Virus record (IMG/VR): IMGVR_UViG_3300039412_000320
Source of the DNA: a virus
Reading direction: 5' to 3' (one strand)
Length of the DNA: 64,000 nucleotides
Under the pieces are notes generated by a model, which worked only from the letters and a program-made list of their open reading frames with translations, did no database searches and was not told where the DNA came from. Position numbers and translations under genes: made by a program. Positions within the stretch are counted from its first letter, which is position 1. Each line of letters begins with the position of its first letter. Shown piece by piece: positions 35,412-45,076 of this stretch.

Positions 35412-36061
35412 TTATCCGACTGGCAGAGGTCCACATTGAGGAAGACTACGACGGCGAGAAGATTCTCCGTCAGATAGAGAAGTACGCTCGCAACTGTTAC
35501 AAGTCCGAAGCCAAGACCACGGACATGGATGGCACGAAGGCGTTCGTGAAGAAACTTCTCCATACCCTCAAACATGAGGGCATTGCCGACCACCATATGA
35601 TTACCGTGCGGGTAGTCTGTGACCGGGGCATAAGCCATGAAATAGTCCGGCACCGCATCGCCGCTTATCTGCAAGAGTCTACCCGCTATTGCGATTATAC
35701 CAAGGCGGGGCAGATTCAAGTCATCGACATCAAACAGTTCATGACCTCGGCGCAGTTCGATGTCTGGACCTATGCCATGAACGAAGCGGAAAAAGCTTAC
35801 AATGAGCTTCGCCGCTTGGGGGCACGCCCGGAGATTGCTCGGTCGGTCCTTCCCAACAGTCTCAAGACCGAAATCATCATGAGCCTGAACCTCACAAGTT
35901 GGCGAAACTTCTTCAAGAAGCGGGCCTGCAACGCCGGGGCGCACGTTCAGATGAAAGAGATTGCTGTACCACTACTCAAGGAGTTCCAGAGAGTCATTCC
36001 CGTGATTTTTGATGACTTGATACCAATAATCATGCCGGAGCGACCAAAGGAGACCAGTTAG
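35408..36061 (+). CDS. thyX: Flavin-dependent thymidylate synthase ThyX
   Basis: ThyX signature RHRIAAYLQESTRY (RHRx7S). Confidence 0.8.
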   Translation: MIIRLAEVHIEEDYDGEKILRQIEKYARNCYKSEAKTTDMDGTKAFVKKLLHTLKHEGIADHHMITVRVVCDRGISHEIVRHRIAAYLQESTRYCDYTKAGQIQVIDIKQFMTSAQFDVWTYAMNEAEKAYNELRRLGARPEIARSVLPNSLKTEIIMSLNLTSWRNFFKKRACNAGAHVQMKEIAVPLLKEFQRVIPVIFDDLIPIIMPERPKETS

Positions 36062-36114
36062 TCTAAAGACCCCAGCACATTTGACTATGCAATCCTTATA
36101 CAGAAGGTATAGCA

Positions 36115-36768
36115 ATGAATTACCAGAAAATCTACTACCAGCTTATAGATAAAGCTAAGAACAGCCCTCTTGAGCTAAGTAGATATTATGAATCTCATCA
36201 CATAATCCCCCAATCCTTGGGTGGTAGCTCTCGGAAAGACAACTTGGTGTGGCTAACTGGAAAGCAGCACTTCATTGCTCACCGTCTTCTAGCCAAGTTT
36301 ACCGAAGGTAGAAACCGATGTAAAATGATTCTGGCTTTGCATAGATTTCTACATAGCAAGAACTGTGAGCTTCATATAAATTCTAGGGAGTACGAGTATA
36401 TAAGGCAGCAAGCCGCCATTTCTATAAGTATCCTAAACACAGGCAGAAGGTTTTCTGATAGAGCAAAAGAGAATATGTCCACAGCACAGCGGGAAAGATA
36501 CTCCTCTGTTCCTACTCATTGGAAGGGGCGACATCATAGTGACAAGACCAAAGAGAAAATGCGGGAAGCCCAAGGGGGAGCACGTAACCCCCAGTTTGGG
36601 AAATCTCGGACCAAGGACGAAAAACTCAGAATATCTTCGGCATTAAGGGGAAGAAAATTGTCTCCCGAACAAGTATTAGAAAGATGTTCTCGGCGTCATA
36701 GTCCTAAAAGCAGAAGAAAGATTAGCCAGAGCATAAAGGAGTGGCATGTTCAACGAAAAATGGGATAG
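36115..36768 (+). CDS. HNH homing endonuclease with NUMOD-like repeats, inserted between thyX and dCMP deaminase
   Basis: HHIIPQSLGGSSRKDNLVWLTGKQHFIAH HNH motif. C-terminal repeated R.SP..RRKIS motifs. Confidence 0.65.
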   Translation: MNYQKIYYQLIDKAKNSPLELSRYYESHHIIPQSLGGSSRKDNLVWLTGKQHFIAHRLLAKFTEGRNRCKMILALHRFLHSKNCELHINSREYEYIRQQAAISISILNTGRRFSDRAKENMSTAQRERYSSVPTHWKGRHHSDKTKEKMREAQGGARNPQFGKSRTKDEKLRISSALRGRKLSPEQVLERCSRRHSPKSRRKISQSIKEWHVQRKMG

Positions 36769-37213
36769 GCGATTTTTAGAACTAGCAGCACACATAGCCT
36801 CATGGTCAAAAGATACAAGTACTAAGACGGGGGCGGTAATCGTGCGCCCGAACAAGTCTGTCGTGGGTGTGGGATTCAACGGCTTTCCGCAGGGAGCCAA
36901 GGATGACCCCGAGCTTTACGCTGACCGGACGTACAAATATGACCACGTGGTTCACTGCGAAATCAACGCCCTGCTTTTCGCCAATAGACCGGTAAACGGG
37001 TGCGTTCTTTACATGTGGCCTTTCATGAGTTGCATCCGTTGTGCCGTGCAGATGGCACAGGCAGGCATCTTCCACTTTGTGGCCCCCAACCCATCCGCCG
37101 ACGCTCTGACCCGCTGGACAGCTTCCTTCAATGCTACGAGGAAATTCCTCGGTGAGTGTAACCTCGGCTTGACCGAAATCGGGATGGCGGAAGATTATGT
37201 GAGGAAACCTTAA
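36746..37213 (+). CDS. dCMP deaminase
   Basis: HCEINALLFA ... PCIRCAVQMAQAGI (H(A/C)E + PCxxC zinc site). Confidence 0.75.
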   Translation: MFNEKWDRRFLELAAHIASWSKDTSTKTGAVIVRPNKSVVGVGFNGFPQGAKDDPELYADRTYKYDHVVHCEINALLFANRPVNGCVLYMWPFMSCIRCAVQMAQAGIFHFVAPNPSADALTRWTASFNATRKFLGECNLGLTEIGMAEDYVRKP

Positions 37214-37496
37214 CGGAGGTGGGTTTTGACTAAAGCGCAAGTGAGACTTAGCGAGATGACTCTCCGAAAGATAGCCTCGGGAGAGACGGTGACTATCCGC
37301 ATAGCCGAGGTTGCGGAGCTTTCCGTATCTTTAGCCCCAGCGCCCGGCAGTCCCCCGCAGCCTCAGACCGCTGGTGAGCGGTTTGTAGACCAGATATTCG
37401 GAAAAGATGGGGGAGACTTCGGTGATTTGTTTTCAAGCCTTTTCGGAAAACACCCACCCAAATAACAGATTTTGGACCCCTTATTAGGGGGAAATT

Positions 37497-38123
37497 ATGG
37501 ATTTCATGTGGATTGACGAAGACCGGCTGGCTACCCTTTACGAGGGAATGAGGATAATGGAGAGCCTCAGTCACGGAAAAGTGTGGGAGATGGAGATTTT
37601 CCTGTACGGCATGACCTCTGACCGGGGTGTCATCAGTGCCGCCAAGGAATCCATCATTGACCTTTTGGAGGAGTACTGGGACGAAGACGGTGAAACCACC
37701 CTTCGAGAGGAAGAGATTGCCCTGAACGAGGTTGCCATCGCTATCCACCTTAACTCCGACACCATCTACACTCTGTTGGGCAGGCACGGACTTGATGTCT
37801 ATCAAATGGATTTCGCCTACCTTGGAAAAGAGGGAGAAGGGGTCCGGGTTACCTCTTTCAGCACCGGAGCCGGAAGCCGAACCCGGCTAATGTTCAGCGG
37901 TCTCAAAAACATCGTCCTTGCCGAGGGAGACATTCATCTGCGGGAATATTTGACCCAGCAGAAGACCGGCCAACCCATGACAATCAATAAGCGAGTGGAG
38001 AGGGGTCAATCCGCCGTGGCTCCCCCGACCCCCACGACTCCACAGGCTCCTCCCACGGGTGGAACTCCTCCGGTACAAAACATTGCCAGTGTTGTGGAGA
38101 AATTCCTTGACCGCCGCCGCTGA
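37497..38123 (+). CDS. hypothetical protein
   Basis: 208-aa ORF, SD upstream. Confidence 0.4.
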   Translation: MDFMWIDEDRLATLYEGMRIMESLSHGKVWEMEIFLYGMTSDRGVISAAKESIIDLLEEYWDEDGETTLREEEIALNEVAIAIHLNSDTIYTLLGRHGLDVYQMDFAYLGKEGEGVRVTSFSTGAGSRTRLMFSGLKNIVLAEGDIHLREYLTQQKTGQPMTINKRVERGQSAVAPPTPTTPQAPPTGGTPPVQNIASVVEKFLDRRR

Positions 38124-38433
38124 AATCCCGGATACTAAAATTGGCATCGCTTCCGTGATGCCCAATCACGTCAAAGTGCAGCTTCGCTATTTGACCAAGG
38201 AAGCCAAGCACTTGAGAAGCTTTCTCTTATCAGGATACACCGGCATTGGGGCACCCTACATGGAAGAGGTGTGCATTCTCATGCCCCACATGAGGGTGTT
38301 TCCCGTGATAGAGTGCTTTTTACCCCCCTTCGAGACCCTCAAGCAAGAGGGAGTGGTCCCCGAGGATGCCGAACTGCAAAGCTACCGCATCCTTGACCAT
38401 GATGAATTAACTCTCGCCTATATTTTAAGATAA
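38059..38433 (+). CDS. hypothetical protein
   Basis: 124-aa ORF overlapping the previous one; uncertain. Confidence 0.3.
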   Translation: MELLRYKTLPVLWRNSLTAAAEIPDTKIGIASVMPNHVKVQLRYLTKEAKHLRSFLLSGYTGIGAPYMEEVCILMPHMRVFPVIECFLPPFETLKQEGVVPEDAELQSYRILDHDELTLAYILR

Positions 38434-38478
38434 TGGAAAAATGAACTTTCCAAAGTATTTATAGGAGTAGAGTTCAAA

Positions 38479-39327
38479 ATGTTCATTTATCTTATCGTTA
38501 ATCATAAGACCGGCAAATATTATGTCGGTCAGCATAAGGGAAACAATCTTAGAAAGTATCTTCAAACCAAGTTATCCGCTGCTCGGCATCAGCACAATGG
38601 AAGTTCTCACCTTTTCAATGCAATGAGAAAATATCCACAGTCTTCTCTCTGGTCTATTTACGCCCTACGTTCCGATATCCAGAATAAAACAGAGCTTGAC
38701 CAGACCGAAAGAGACTTTATTAAGTTCCTGCGGTCGCAGGACCCTGAGTGTGGGTACAACATATGCCGGGGAGGAGAGGGATTTACAGGGCCGCATTCTG
38801 AGGAATGGAAGCAAAATCAAAGCAAAATGAAAATGGCTTGGCACAGAGACCCTAGAAATTCTGAAACTAAAAGACTTTCTAATATAAAAATTAGTGAAAC
38901 CAAGAAATTAAATAGTAGACCAAAGATAAACAAGGTCTGTCCGGTGTGTGGTAAATCATTTTCTGTTTCATTTGGAAGGAAAGAAAAAATATACTGTTCA
39001 CATTTGTGTTATTCTAAACAACCAAAAAACGAAGAAAGTGAAATAAAAAGGTTAAAAAGTCTTCGTAGAGCTATTCAATCCCCACAATGTTATACTAATA
39101 GGTCAAATGCACAACTCCTTAGACGCAAAAGAGAGAAAGAACAAGGCATTAAACCTGTGATGCCCATCCGTATATTAATGCCAAAAAGGATAAAAAGACC
39201 ATACCTTTTAACTCCTAAACATTTGGAAGCTTCAAAGAACCTAGGTAAAAGTAACTTAGGAAACCATCAACGTTGGCATATAAATCGAGGAATTTCAGTT
39301 TTAAGATGCCAACATTGTCAAATATGA
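38479..39327 (+). CDS. GIY-YIG homing endonuclease (paralogue of 4700-5407)
   Basis: MFIYLIVNHKTGKYYVGQHKG. Shares its upstream 40 nt, including aaatgaactttc, with the 4700 copy. Confidence 0.75.
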   Translation: MFIYLIVNHKTGKYYVGQHKGNNLRKYLQTKLSAARHQHNGSSHLFNAMRKYPQSSLWSIYALRSDIQNKTELDQTERDFIKFLRSQDPECGYNICRGGEGFTGPHSEEWKQNQSKMKMAWHRDPRNSETKRLSNIKISETKKLNSRPKINKVCPVCGKSFSVSFGRKEKIYCSHLCYSKQPKNEESEIKRLKSLRRAIQSPQCYTNRSNAQLLRRKREKEQGIKPVMPIRILMPKRIKRPYLLTPKHLEASKNLGKSNLGNHQRWHINRGISVLRCQHCQI

Positions 39328-39358
39328 TTTAATTTTCCCATAAAACTGAGTATTTTAT

Positions 39359-39574
39359 ATGGGAGGTCCTATGGACAAGCCTGCATGTAAGCATTGTGCG
39401 CCAGCCGGTAGCTGTGATGGATACCGGCATAGTACTTGCCCGGAATGCGGGTGCTACGTTTGCGCCGGATGCGGCAGCTATGACCCCCGACTATTGGCTC
39501 CCGAACCGACCAAGCACAAAGTTTGTCCGACCTGTAACGGGTCGGGGCTAGTTCCGGTACCCAAGGAGAGTTAA
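39359..39574 (+). CDS. small Cys-rich protein
   Basis: CKHCAPAGSCDGYRHSTCPECGCYVCAGCGSY. Confidence 0.35.
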   Translation: MGGPMDKPACKHCAPAGSCDGYRHSTCPECGCYVCAGCGSYDPRLLAPEPTKHKVCPTCNGSGLVPVPKES

Positions 39575-39846
39575 TGGCAACCCGCAAACATGACGCCTTA
39601 AACATGGAGACGTTGATTGACTTCGCCAAAGTCTTAGCAAACTGGAAGAAATTCTGTGTGCAAAGCGTCTCCGTCGCCAACCCCAAGGGGGTGGAAGCCA
39701 AGCCATGGGAGCTTGGCGGGATGCAGTGGGAGTCTTTACAGACTTACCATCTGATAGAGGCATTACAGGTGTCTCTCTGGAACCACATGAAGATGGTGGG
39801 TCAGATTCAAGAATTCAAAGCAAGGGGGAAGAGAAATGCTAAGTGA
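39574..39846 (+). CDS. small hypothetical protein
   Basis: 90-aa ORF, ATGA-type coupling. Confidence 0.3.
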   Translation: MATRKHDALNMETLIDFAKVLANWKKFCVQSVSVANPKGVEAKPWELGGMQWESLQTYHLIEALQVSLWNHMKMVGQIQEFKARGKRNAK

Positions 39847-40110
39847 AACTGCCTTGGTTGTAATCTGTATCATCTTCGTGAGTGGAGAGTTCCAAAATGC
39901 TTCGAGCGCTGGCTCTGTACCTGTGCCTGATGCATCGGGAACAGGTTAAGTCCATCATCCAGCTTTCAGCAATGCAGCCCCCGGCTCCCATCGTCATCAC
40001 CAAGGAAATGCTGGATGACCCCCGGCTCATGTGGGTAAAAGACCTCCCACAGGTGAAAGAAGCCATAGGGAAAGCTGAGAAGAAATCAGAATAAAGCAGT
40101 ATCTATAAAC

Positions 40111-41031
40111 ATGGAACAATTCAAAAAAAGTGCCACAGCAGAGACTATATATTCCACTGGAGCACAACGAGACAGTCGTATAGGCAAGGGAGCATTTCAC
40201 TGGATGCCCTGGACAGCCGTTAAGATGGTTTCTCGCATCTATGAAATAGGTAACAAACAACGAGACCTTCTCTCAGGTGGAACAGGTAATGGAGACACCC
40301 GTAATTGGGAGAACGGGATGAAGATTGCGGATTTGCTTGATAGCGCTATAAGGCATATAACCGCTCATTTAGAGGGTGACAGAAGTGAACCCCATCTTTC
40401 ACAAGCTATGTGGAACCTGCTTAACGCCCTACAAACATCTATATGGGTATACACCGGACAGAGGCCCCCAGAACTTAATAATCTCCCCGACCATATCCAC
40501 CCTTGGAAGCCGGGAAATCCGTCTCCATGTCCGCTTAGTTCTCAAGAGATAGAGTGGCTAGAAACCTGGGGAATACAAAGGAACGAGTTTCCAGACCTTA
40601 ATGACCCCGTACAAAGTGCTTCTCATCTCGCTGCCCTCGTAGATGGAGAAGGGACCATTTCAATCGTAAAAAGGGAAACAAAGCGCCGGGAGGCTTACCG
40701 TCTATCCATAAGGGTCTATAATACTTCAGAAACCCTCAAAAATTACCTTGAGAAAAGATGGGGAGCGACTACGGTTAGAAGAAAAGGGCGAAGGAAAATC
40801 CACAAGGACTGCTATACGATGATATGGACGAGTTCAAAAGCTGAAGATATTCTTCGTAGGATATGGCCGTACTTAATCATCAAGACCGCCCAAGCAAACT
40901 TGGCAGTGGCTTTTCAAACTTTGGTAAAAAACATCAATCCTGGATGCAAAGGAATACCAGAAAAAACTCTGCAACAACTGCGGTTTATGAAGGAGGAGAT
41001 AAATCGTATGAACGAAAAAGGACCCAAGTAA
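40111..41031 (+). CDS. Fusion of a nucleotide pyrophosphohydrolase-like N-domain with a LAGLIDADG endonuclease domain
   Basis: N-terminal GAQRDSRIGKGAFHWMPW..AIRHITAHLEGDRSEPHLSQAMWNLLNAL resembles the dATP/dGTP diphosphohydrolase N-terminal domain. C-terminal LAALVDGEGTIS LAGLIDADG motif. Confidence 0.45.
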   Translation: MEQFKKSATAETIYSTGAQRDSRIGKGAFHWMPWTAVKMVSRIYEIGNKQRDLLSGGTGNGDTRNWENGMKIADLLDSAIRHITAHLEGDRSEPHLSQAMWNLLNALQTSIWVYTGQRPPELNNLPDHIHPWKPGNPSPCPLSSQEIEWLETWGIQRNEFPDLNDPVQSASHLAALVDGEGTISIVKRETKRREAYRLSIRVYNTSETLKNYLEKRWGATTVRRKGRRKIHKDCYTMIWTSSKAEDILRRIWPYLIIKTAQANLAVAFQTLVKNINPGCKGIPEKTLQQLRFMKEEINRMNEKGPK

Positions 41032-41116
41032 ACCACCTACCGGAGTCCTTAGTATGGATGTTACTTTTAAAGATGAACGAGGGGCTGTGCATTAGGCTAC
41101 CTAAAGGAGGTGCTTA

Positions 41117-41476
41117 ATGTCCCGCTCTTACCGCAAACCCTACGTGGCTGTCTGTGGTGTCGGCTCCTGCAAGGACGACAAACGGATAGCTCACCGAGGT
41201 GTCCGTCGTTCTCAAAATGCTTGGGTCCACCAAGCTCTCAAAGACCCCGAAACCGATATTATATTCCCCCACTTCCGTGAATGCCACTGGAACGATGTCT
41301 ACAACTGGAAGCGTGATGGCAAGCAACACTGGTGCTATCCCGATGCCCGTGCATGGGACCGTCACATGAAAGCGGTCAACAAGCTCTACCAATACCGCTT
41401 CGAGATGCGCCCCGGTTACCTAGACCCTGAACTTGAGTGGCCTCCCCATTGGTATTTGGAAGCTCTGCGGAAATAG
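41117..41476 (+). CDS. hypothetical protein
   Basis: 119-aa ORF, SD aaaggagg. Confidence 0.4.
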   Translation: MSRSYRKPYVAVCGVGSCKDDKRIAHRGVRRSQNAWVHQALKDPETDIIFPHFRECHWNDVYNWKRDGKQHWCYPDARAWDRHMKAVNKLYQYRFEMRPGYLDPELEWPPHWYLEALRK

Positions 41477-41796
41477 CGGAAAATCTAGTATTATTAGGTG
41501 GAGAATCATTGCTGCCTAAAGACCAACTCGAACACGGTGCCTATTACACTGGCACTTGCCGCAACGCCAGCATTGCCCGGTGGAATGAGAAAGGATTCTT
41601 CATCCATTGGCGCACCAAGTTTTACGACACTTACCCGGAGTGCATCGGTTACTGGGTAGATGCGAAGCCGGGTGAGATTCGATTTGATGAGTTTCAACCT
41701 TTTGCCAAGTTGGATAACCCTCGATTCACCATTCCCTTGACGGAGGAAGAATTTAACGCCAGTGGAGGATTTGTGTATGGCATTCCCAACGGATGA
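41437..41796 (+). CDS. hypothetical protein with LEHGAYYxGxxRNxxxARW motif (probable TTG start near 41508)
   Basis: Motif shared with the next ORF. Confidence 0.35.
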   Translation: MASPLVFGSSAEIAENLVLLGGESLLPKDQLEHGAYYTGTCRNASIARWNEKGFFIHWRTKFYDTYPECIGYWVDAKPGEIRFDEFQPFAKLDNPRFTIPLTEEEFNASGGFVYGIPNG

Positions 41797-42067
41797 AGAA
41801 GAGAGAAAACAAGACCAGGTATGTATCCGATGCGGGAAAATTAAGGTAGTCTCGGAGGGAAGGGGCTGGTGGGATGACCACTGCCCCGACCCCACCAAGG
41901 ATGCCACGGAGCCAATACCTCTGGAGAAGCTTGAGCATGGCGCTTACTACTATGGGTGGGGAAGAAACGGCAAACTAGCCCGGTGGGACGCCAACAAGGA
42001 AGGTTTTCTGGTCCGTACGGGCAAAGTTCCGCTACACCTACACGGAGAACGTGTATTACGCCATTAG
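41762..42067 (+). CDS. paralogue with LEHGAYYYGWGRNGKLARW motif
   Basis: Paralogous to 41437-41796. Confidence 0.35.
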   Translation: MEDLCMAFPTDEEERKQDQVCIRCGKIKVVSEGRGWWDDHCPDPTKDATEPIPLEKLEHGAYYYGWGRNGKLARWDANKEGFLVRTGKVPLHLHGERVLRH

Positions 42068-42189
42068 GCCGATGACTGGGGGGTTTGTACCCTACTGCAA
42101 GACGGAGAACCCGGTGTTCGAGTTCCCCATGGCGCACGACGGGTGGGACCCGCCGCTCGAAGAATAATCCTCAAAAATCCCTCTCACTG

Positions 42190-42206
42190 TGGTATACTGA
42201 GAGTGG
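42190..42206 (+). promoter_or_regulatory. Extended -10 promoter TGGTATACTGAGAGTGG with upstream AAAAATCCC tract
   Basis: tgtggtatact. Same aaaaatccc tract seen upstream of the 48287 promoter. Confidence 0.4.
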
Positions 42207-42214
42207 AGGATATT

Positions 42215-42844
42215 ATGCGCACCGTTCTTGTCTTTCTGCTTGGTGGTCTGTCTTATGCCTTATTGGAACTCACCGTGGCGGCATCCGTTGTCCGCTGGTT
42301 TCCCGGCAAACTCCATTATTTCCAAAGCGTTGGAGATGCCCTCATCGGTTGGTTCAGAAAACCCACCCCTGACTTTTCCTGTGACACCGGTTCTGTAGAT
42401 GACGAAGCCACAGAGGATGGGCTTTGTCAATGCCCGGTCTGCAAGAAAGAACGGGAAGAGGCTTGTCAAGTCCTTGATGACGGTGACCAAGTGGTTATGA
42501 ACGATGACCGGCAAAGCTACGGCATCAGCGCTGGTGTAATAACGGGCGTAATGGCAGACGGAGAAGTTTATGATTTTGCTCGCACCGAGTGTATGCCCGG
42601 TCCTGCTTTTGCTCCCGCCCTCCAACCAGTTCTAAGGTCCCAATTAGCTAAAGTAGAAAAGCTGATTCCCGAGGGAACCGCCGTGCGTTTTTACAACTCC
42701 AAAGATTGCATGACATACAACAACGGTGTGACCTTCAAAGCAAAGGTTGAAGATGGGAATCTCGTCTACACCGTGGAGTACGGAACAGTGGACGACGACG
42801 TAAGCCAGGTGGAAGTAACTTCGGACATGATTTGGGTCAAATAA
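42215..42844 (+). CDS. secreted/membrane-anchored protein (N-terminal signal/TM)
   Basis: MRTVLVFLLGGLSYALLELTVAASVV, SD ggagga. Confidence 0.45.
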   Translation: MRTVLVFLLGGLSYALLELTVAASVVRWFPGKLHYFQSVGDALIGWFRKPTPDFSCDTGSVDDEATEDGLCQCPVCKKEREEACQVLDDGDQVVMNDDRQSYGISAGVITGVMADGEVYDFARTECMPGPAFAPALQPVLRSQLAKVEKLIPEGTAVRFYNSKDCMTYNNGVTFKAKVEDGNLVYTVEYGTVDDDVSQVEVTSDMIWVK

Positions 42845-42854
42845 AGAAAGGAAC

Positions 42855-43454
42855 ATGAGCGAAGTGAGAGTATCTCACGTAACGTGGCCTGCCATGGGGT
42901 TGGACTACGGCTGGAGGTTCGATATCCGGTCGGAGGATGAACTCAACGCCTATTGGAAGGCTCGCCGTCCCAAACAGGTCCGAGCGGCCTTTGCGGAAGT
43001 AAAACGCTATCAGGACGCCAACAAGGTTGGTCCGAGCGAAATGTCCACGGACGGCCCCTCTCACTTCGTTAATGGGCTGGCGGCGGTCTATTGTTACCAT
43101 GGGATGGCACACGAGCAATCATTGTTCGAGTCCGCCTGCCGGGTAGACGATGGCATCATCAAATCCATGCTTGATTGCATTCAGAAACATGGACATGTCT
43201 ACATCCATCACAATGGCTCTTACTTCGCTCACATGCAGGGGTTGGAACTTTTAGAAACCCACATGGTTAAAGGATTTGAGCTTCCTGAGTGCAATAAGAT
43301 TGAAGTCACACAGTGGCCGAGAGGTATTCACTACTATGCCAAGGTGGATGGTGTAGAAGTGAACGTCCGGGGTGAGAACAAGTGGCTATCAAAGTTTTCC
43401 GCCGAACAAGCCGCAAAAGAGTGGATAAAACAAAAAGCGGGGAGGAACCCATGA
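42855..43454 (+). CDS. hypothetical protein
   Basis: 199-aa ORF. Confidence 0.4.
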   Translation: MSEVRVSHVTWPAMGLDYGWRFDIRSEDELNAYWKARRPKQVRAAFAEVKRYQDANKVGPSEMSTDGPSHFVNGLAAVYCYHGMAHEQSLFESACRVDDGIIKSMLDCIQKHGHVYIHHNGSYFAHMQGLELLETHMVKGFELPECNKIEVTQWPRGIHYYAKVDGVEVNVRGENKWLSKFSAEQAAKEWIKQKAGRNP

Positions 43455-43591
43455 ACCAGTTTCCTACAATCAAACCGAGTACGACATTCAAAGTCGCCTT
43501 TATTGTTTGGATTTTTGGCGTGCTAGCGAGCATCGCCGTGGGCGGCGGCTTGCTGTATGTAGCAATTCACTTCATCAAAAAATTCTGGTAG
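43451..43591 (+). CDS. small single-TM protein
   Basis: MNQFPTIKPSTTFKVAFIVWIFGVLASIAVGGGLLYVAIHFIKKFW. ATGA overlap with the upstream stop. Confidence 0.4.
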   Translation: MNQFPTIKPSTTFKVAFIVWIFGVLASIAVGGGLLYVAIHFIKKFW

Positions 43592-43599
43592 GAGGAACC

Positions 43600-44130
43600 A
43601 TGAGTCTTGTCATATCAAGCACCGGGGTGTGCCCGAGCAACTCCGAACCCGGAGTGTTCCCCAATCTTGCCCGGTTAAGTAGTGAAGAGGTTGGCAGCGG
43701 CGAGGAGAGCGCCATTTTCAAAGAGGTTGACGACGCTATCACGGCGGAATTGACGGCGGCGGGATTGCCCATGGGAACCTTGGATAGGGGTGAAGGAATA
43801 GTCGCCATGCCTGAGAGCTTCCGAGGATGCGGCAATGGCTATTACAAGGAGGCCCCGACCAACATCTACGGTTTCTGGCATCACTGGAAGTTCGAGCGAG
43901 CGTGGTACTACTACCGGGCGAGCGGAAGGGGAATCCCCTCGGACATCGCCGAAGAGTTCCACAAGACTTGGGGTCGGCAGGTCCGGGTGAATGGACACTG
44001 CGGCTGCCCCTCTCCACTGGAACAGAACGAAGGCTTCGCCATTGATTTCTACCACATCGACACGCCGGAAGGAATGGCCGCTTTCGTTAAATTTCTGAAT
44101 TCCATCTACAAACCCCGACCGAAAGAGTAG
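43600..44130 (+). CDS. hypothetical protein (start MSLVISS)
   Basis: ORF with SD ggagga. Confidence 0.4.
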   Translation: MSLVISSTGVCPSNSEPGVFPNLARLSSEEVGSGEESAIFKEVDDAITAELTAAGLPMGTLDRGEGIVAMPESFRGCGNGYYKEAPTNIYGFWHHWKFERAWYYYRASGRGIPSDIAEEFHKTWGRQVRVNGHCGCPSPLEQNEGFAIDFYHIDTPEGMAAFVKFLNSIYKPRPKE

Positions 44131-44152
44131 TATTAGTTGAAGGAGTGACCCG

Positions 44153-44503
44153 ATGAACGTCACTATCCCCGACGCACCGATAAAGGTACACGGTTTTCCG
44201 CTCTGCACACAGCACGATTGCCCACACGAGGTTGAAACCAAGGGGCAGGCGTGCGGCCTTCATGGCGGACCACCGGCTACAGTTGACATCATCCATCGCA
44301 CCATTCACCGGCAGATTCGGACGGCATTGTGGGGAATGATTGACTGTCCAGACTGCCGATACACGGCTTTGGATGATATTCGTTGCATTCGGTGCTGCTG
44401 GTACCGGGGGTCGATAATGGGCATGGCGGGTATCGCCGAACAACTGGGGTGGGGGGAAGAGATGGTCCGCTACTTGGAACTGATTGCCCACCGCCGAGAA
44501 TAG
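44153..44503 (+). CDS. Cys-rich hypothetical protein
   Basis: 116-aa ORF with multiple C/H. Confidence 0.4.
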   Translation: MNVTIPDAPIKVHGFPLCTQHDCPHEVETKGQACGLHGGPPATVDIIHRTIHRQIRTALWGMIDCPDCRYTALDDIRCIRCCWYRGSIMGMAGIAEQLGWGEEMVRYLELIAHRRE

Positions 44504-44509
44504 AGGCAT

Positions 44510-44740
44510 ATGGGCACATGTGAGGGGACGTACAATTTTGAAGGTTTCGGTCACCGAGTATTTATCGACCGGGCCTGTTTTCGGGACGAAACTAAAGTTA
44601 CGTTGTGGGGGGAAAATGGTACTCTTGTTTCCGCCCACACCATCACCATATCCACCGACCAGCTTCGGCGCTTTCTGGTCCAAGTAGAAAAAGAAGCCGC
44701 CGAAGAGCGCAGGAAGCTGGAGGAAGCGAAGGCAGAATGA
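44510..44740 (+). CDS. small hypothetical protein
   Basis: 76 aa. Confidence 0.35.
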   Translation: MGTCEGTYNFEGFGHRVFIDRACFRDETKVTLWGENGTLVSAHTITISTDQLRRFLVQVEKEAAEERRKLEEAKAE

Positions 44741-45075
44741 GCAACCTCATCACCGGCAAACAACTATGGGAGGTTTTGGTGCCCGCCTCGGACGGCAGGG
44801 GAATTCCGCTCTTGCTTAACCACCACCGAATATGGGACGAGAAAGTCCGGGAGCTTACGGGCGGCGGGATGACTATCTCCGCCCCGGCGAAGGATGAATG
44901 GGGTAACGGCAAGGAGGGCAACGCCATCCTCCGAGAACCGATGATTCCCGTCCGGCTTCTCACCGACAAGGTTACCATGGACAAAGTCGCTATCATGACC
45001 ATGGAGCATTACGACCAGAAGGCGGTGTTGTACTACATGGTTTCTGACACCGTCTACATGCTAGACAAGGAGTAG
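44737..45075 (+). CDS. hypothetical protein (MSNLITG..)
   Basis: ATGA coupling with the previous ORF. Confidence 0.4.
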   Translation: MSNLITGKQLWEVLVPASDGRGIPLLLNHHRIWDEKVRELTGGGMTISAPAKDEWGNGKEGNAILREPMIPVRLLTDKVTMDKVAIMTMEHYDQKAVLYYMVSDTVYMLDKE

Positions 45076-45076
45076 T

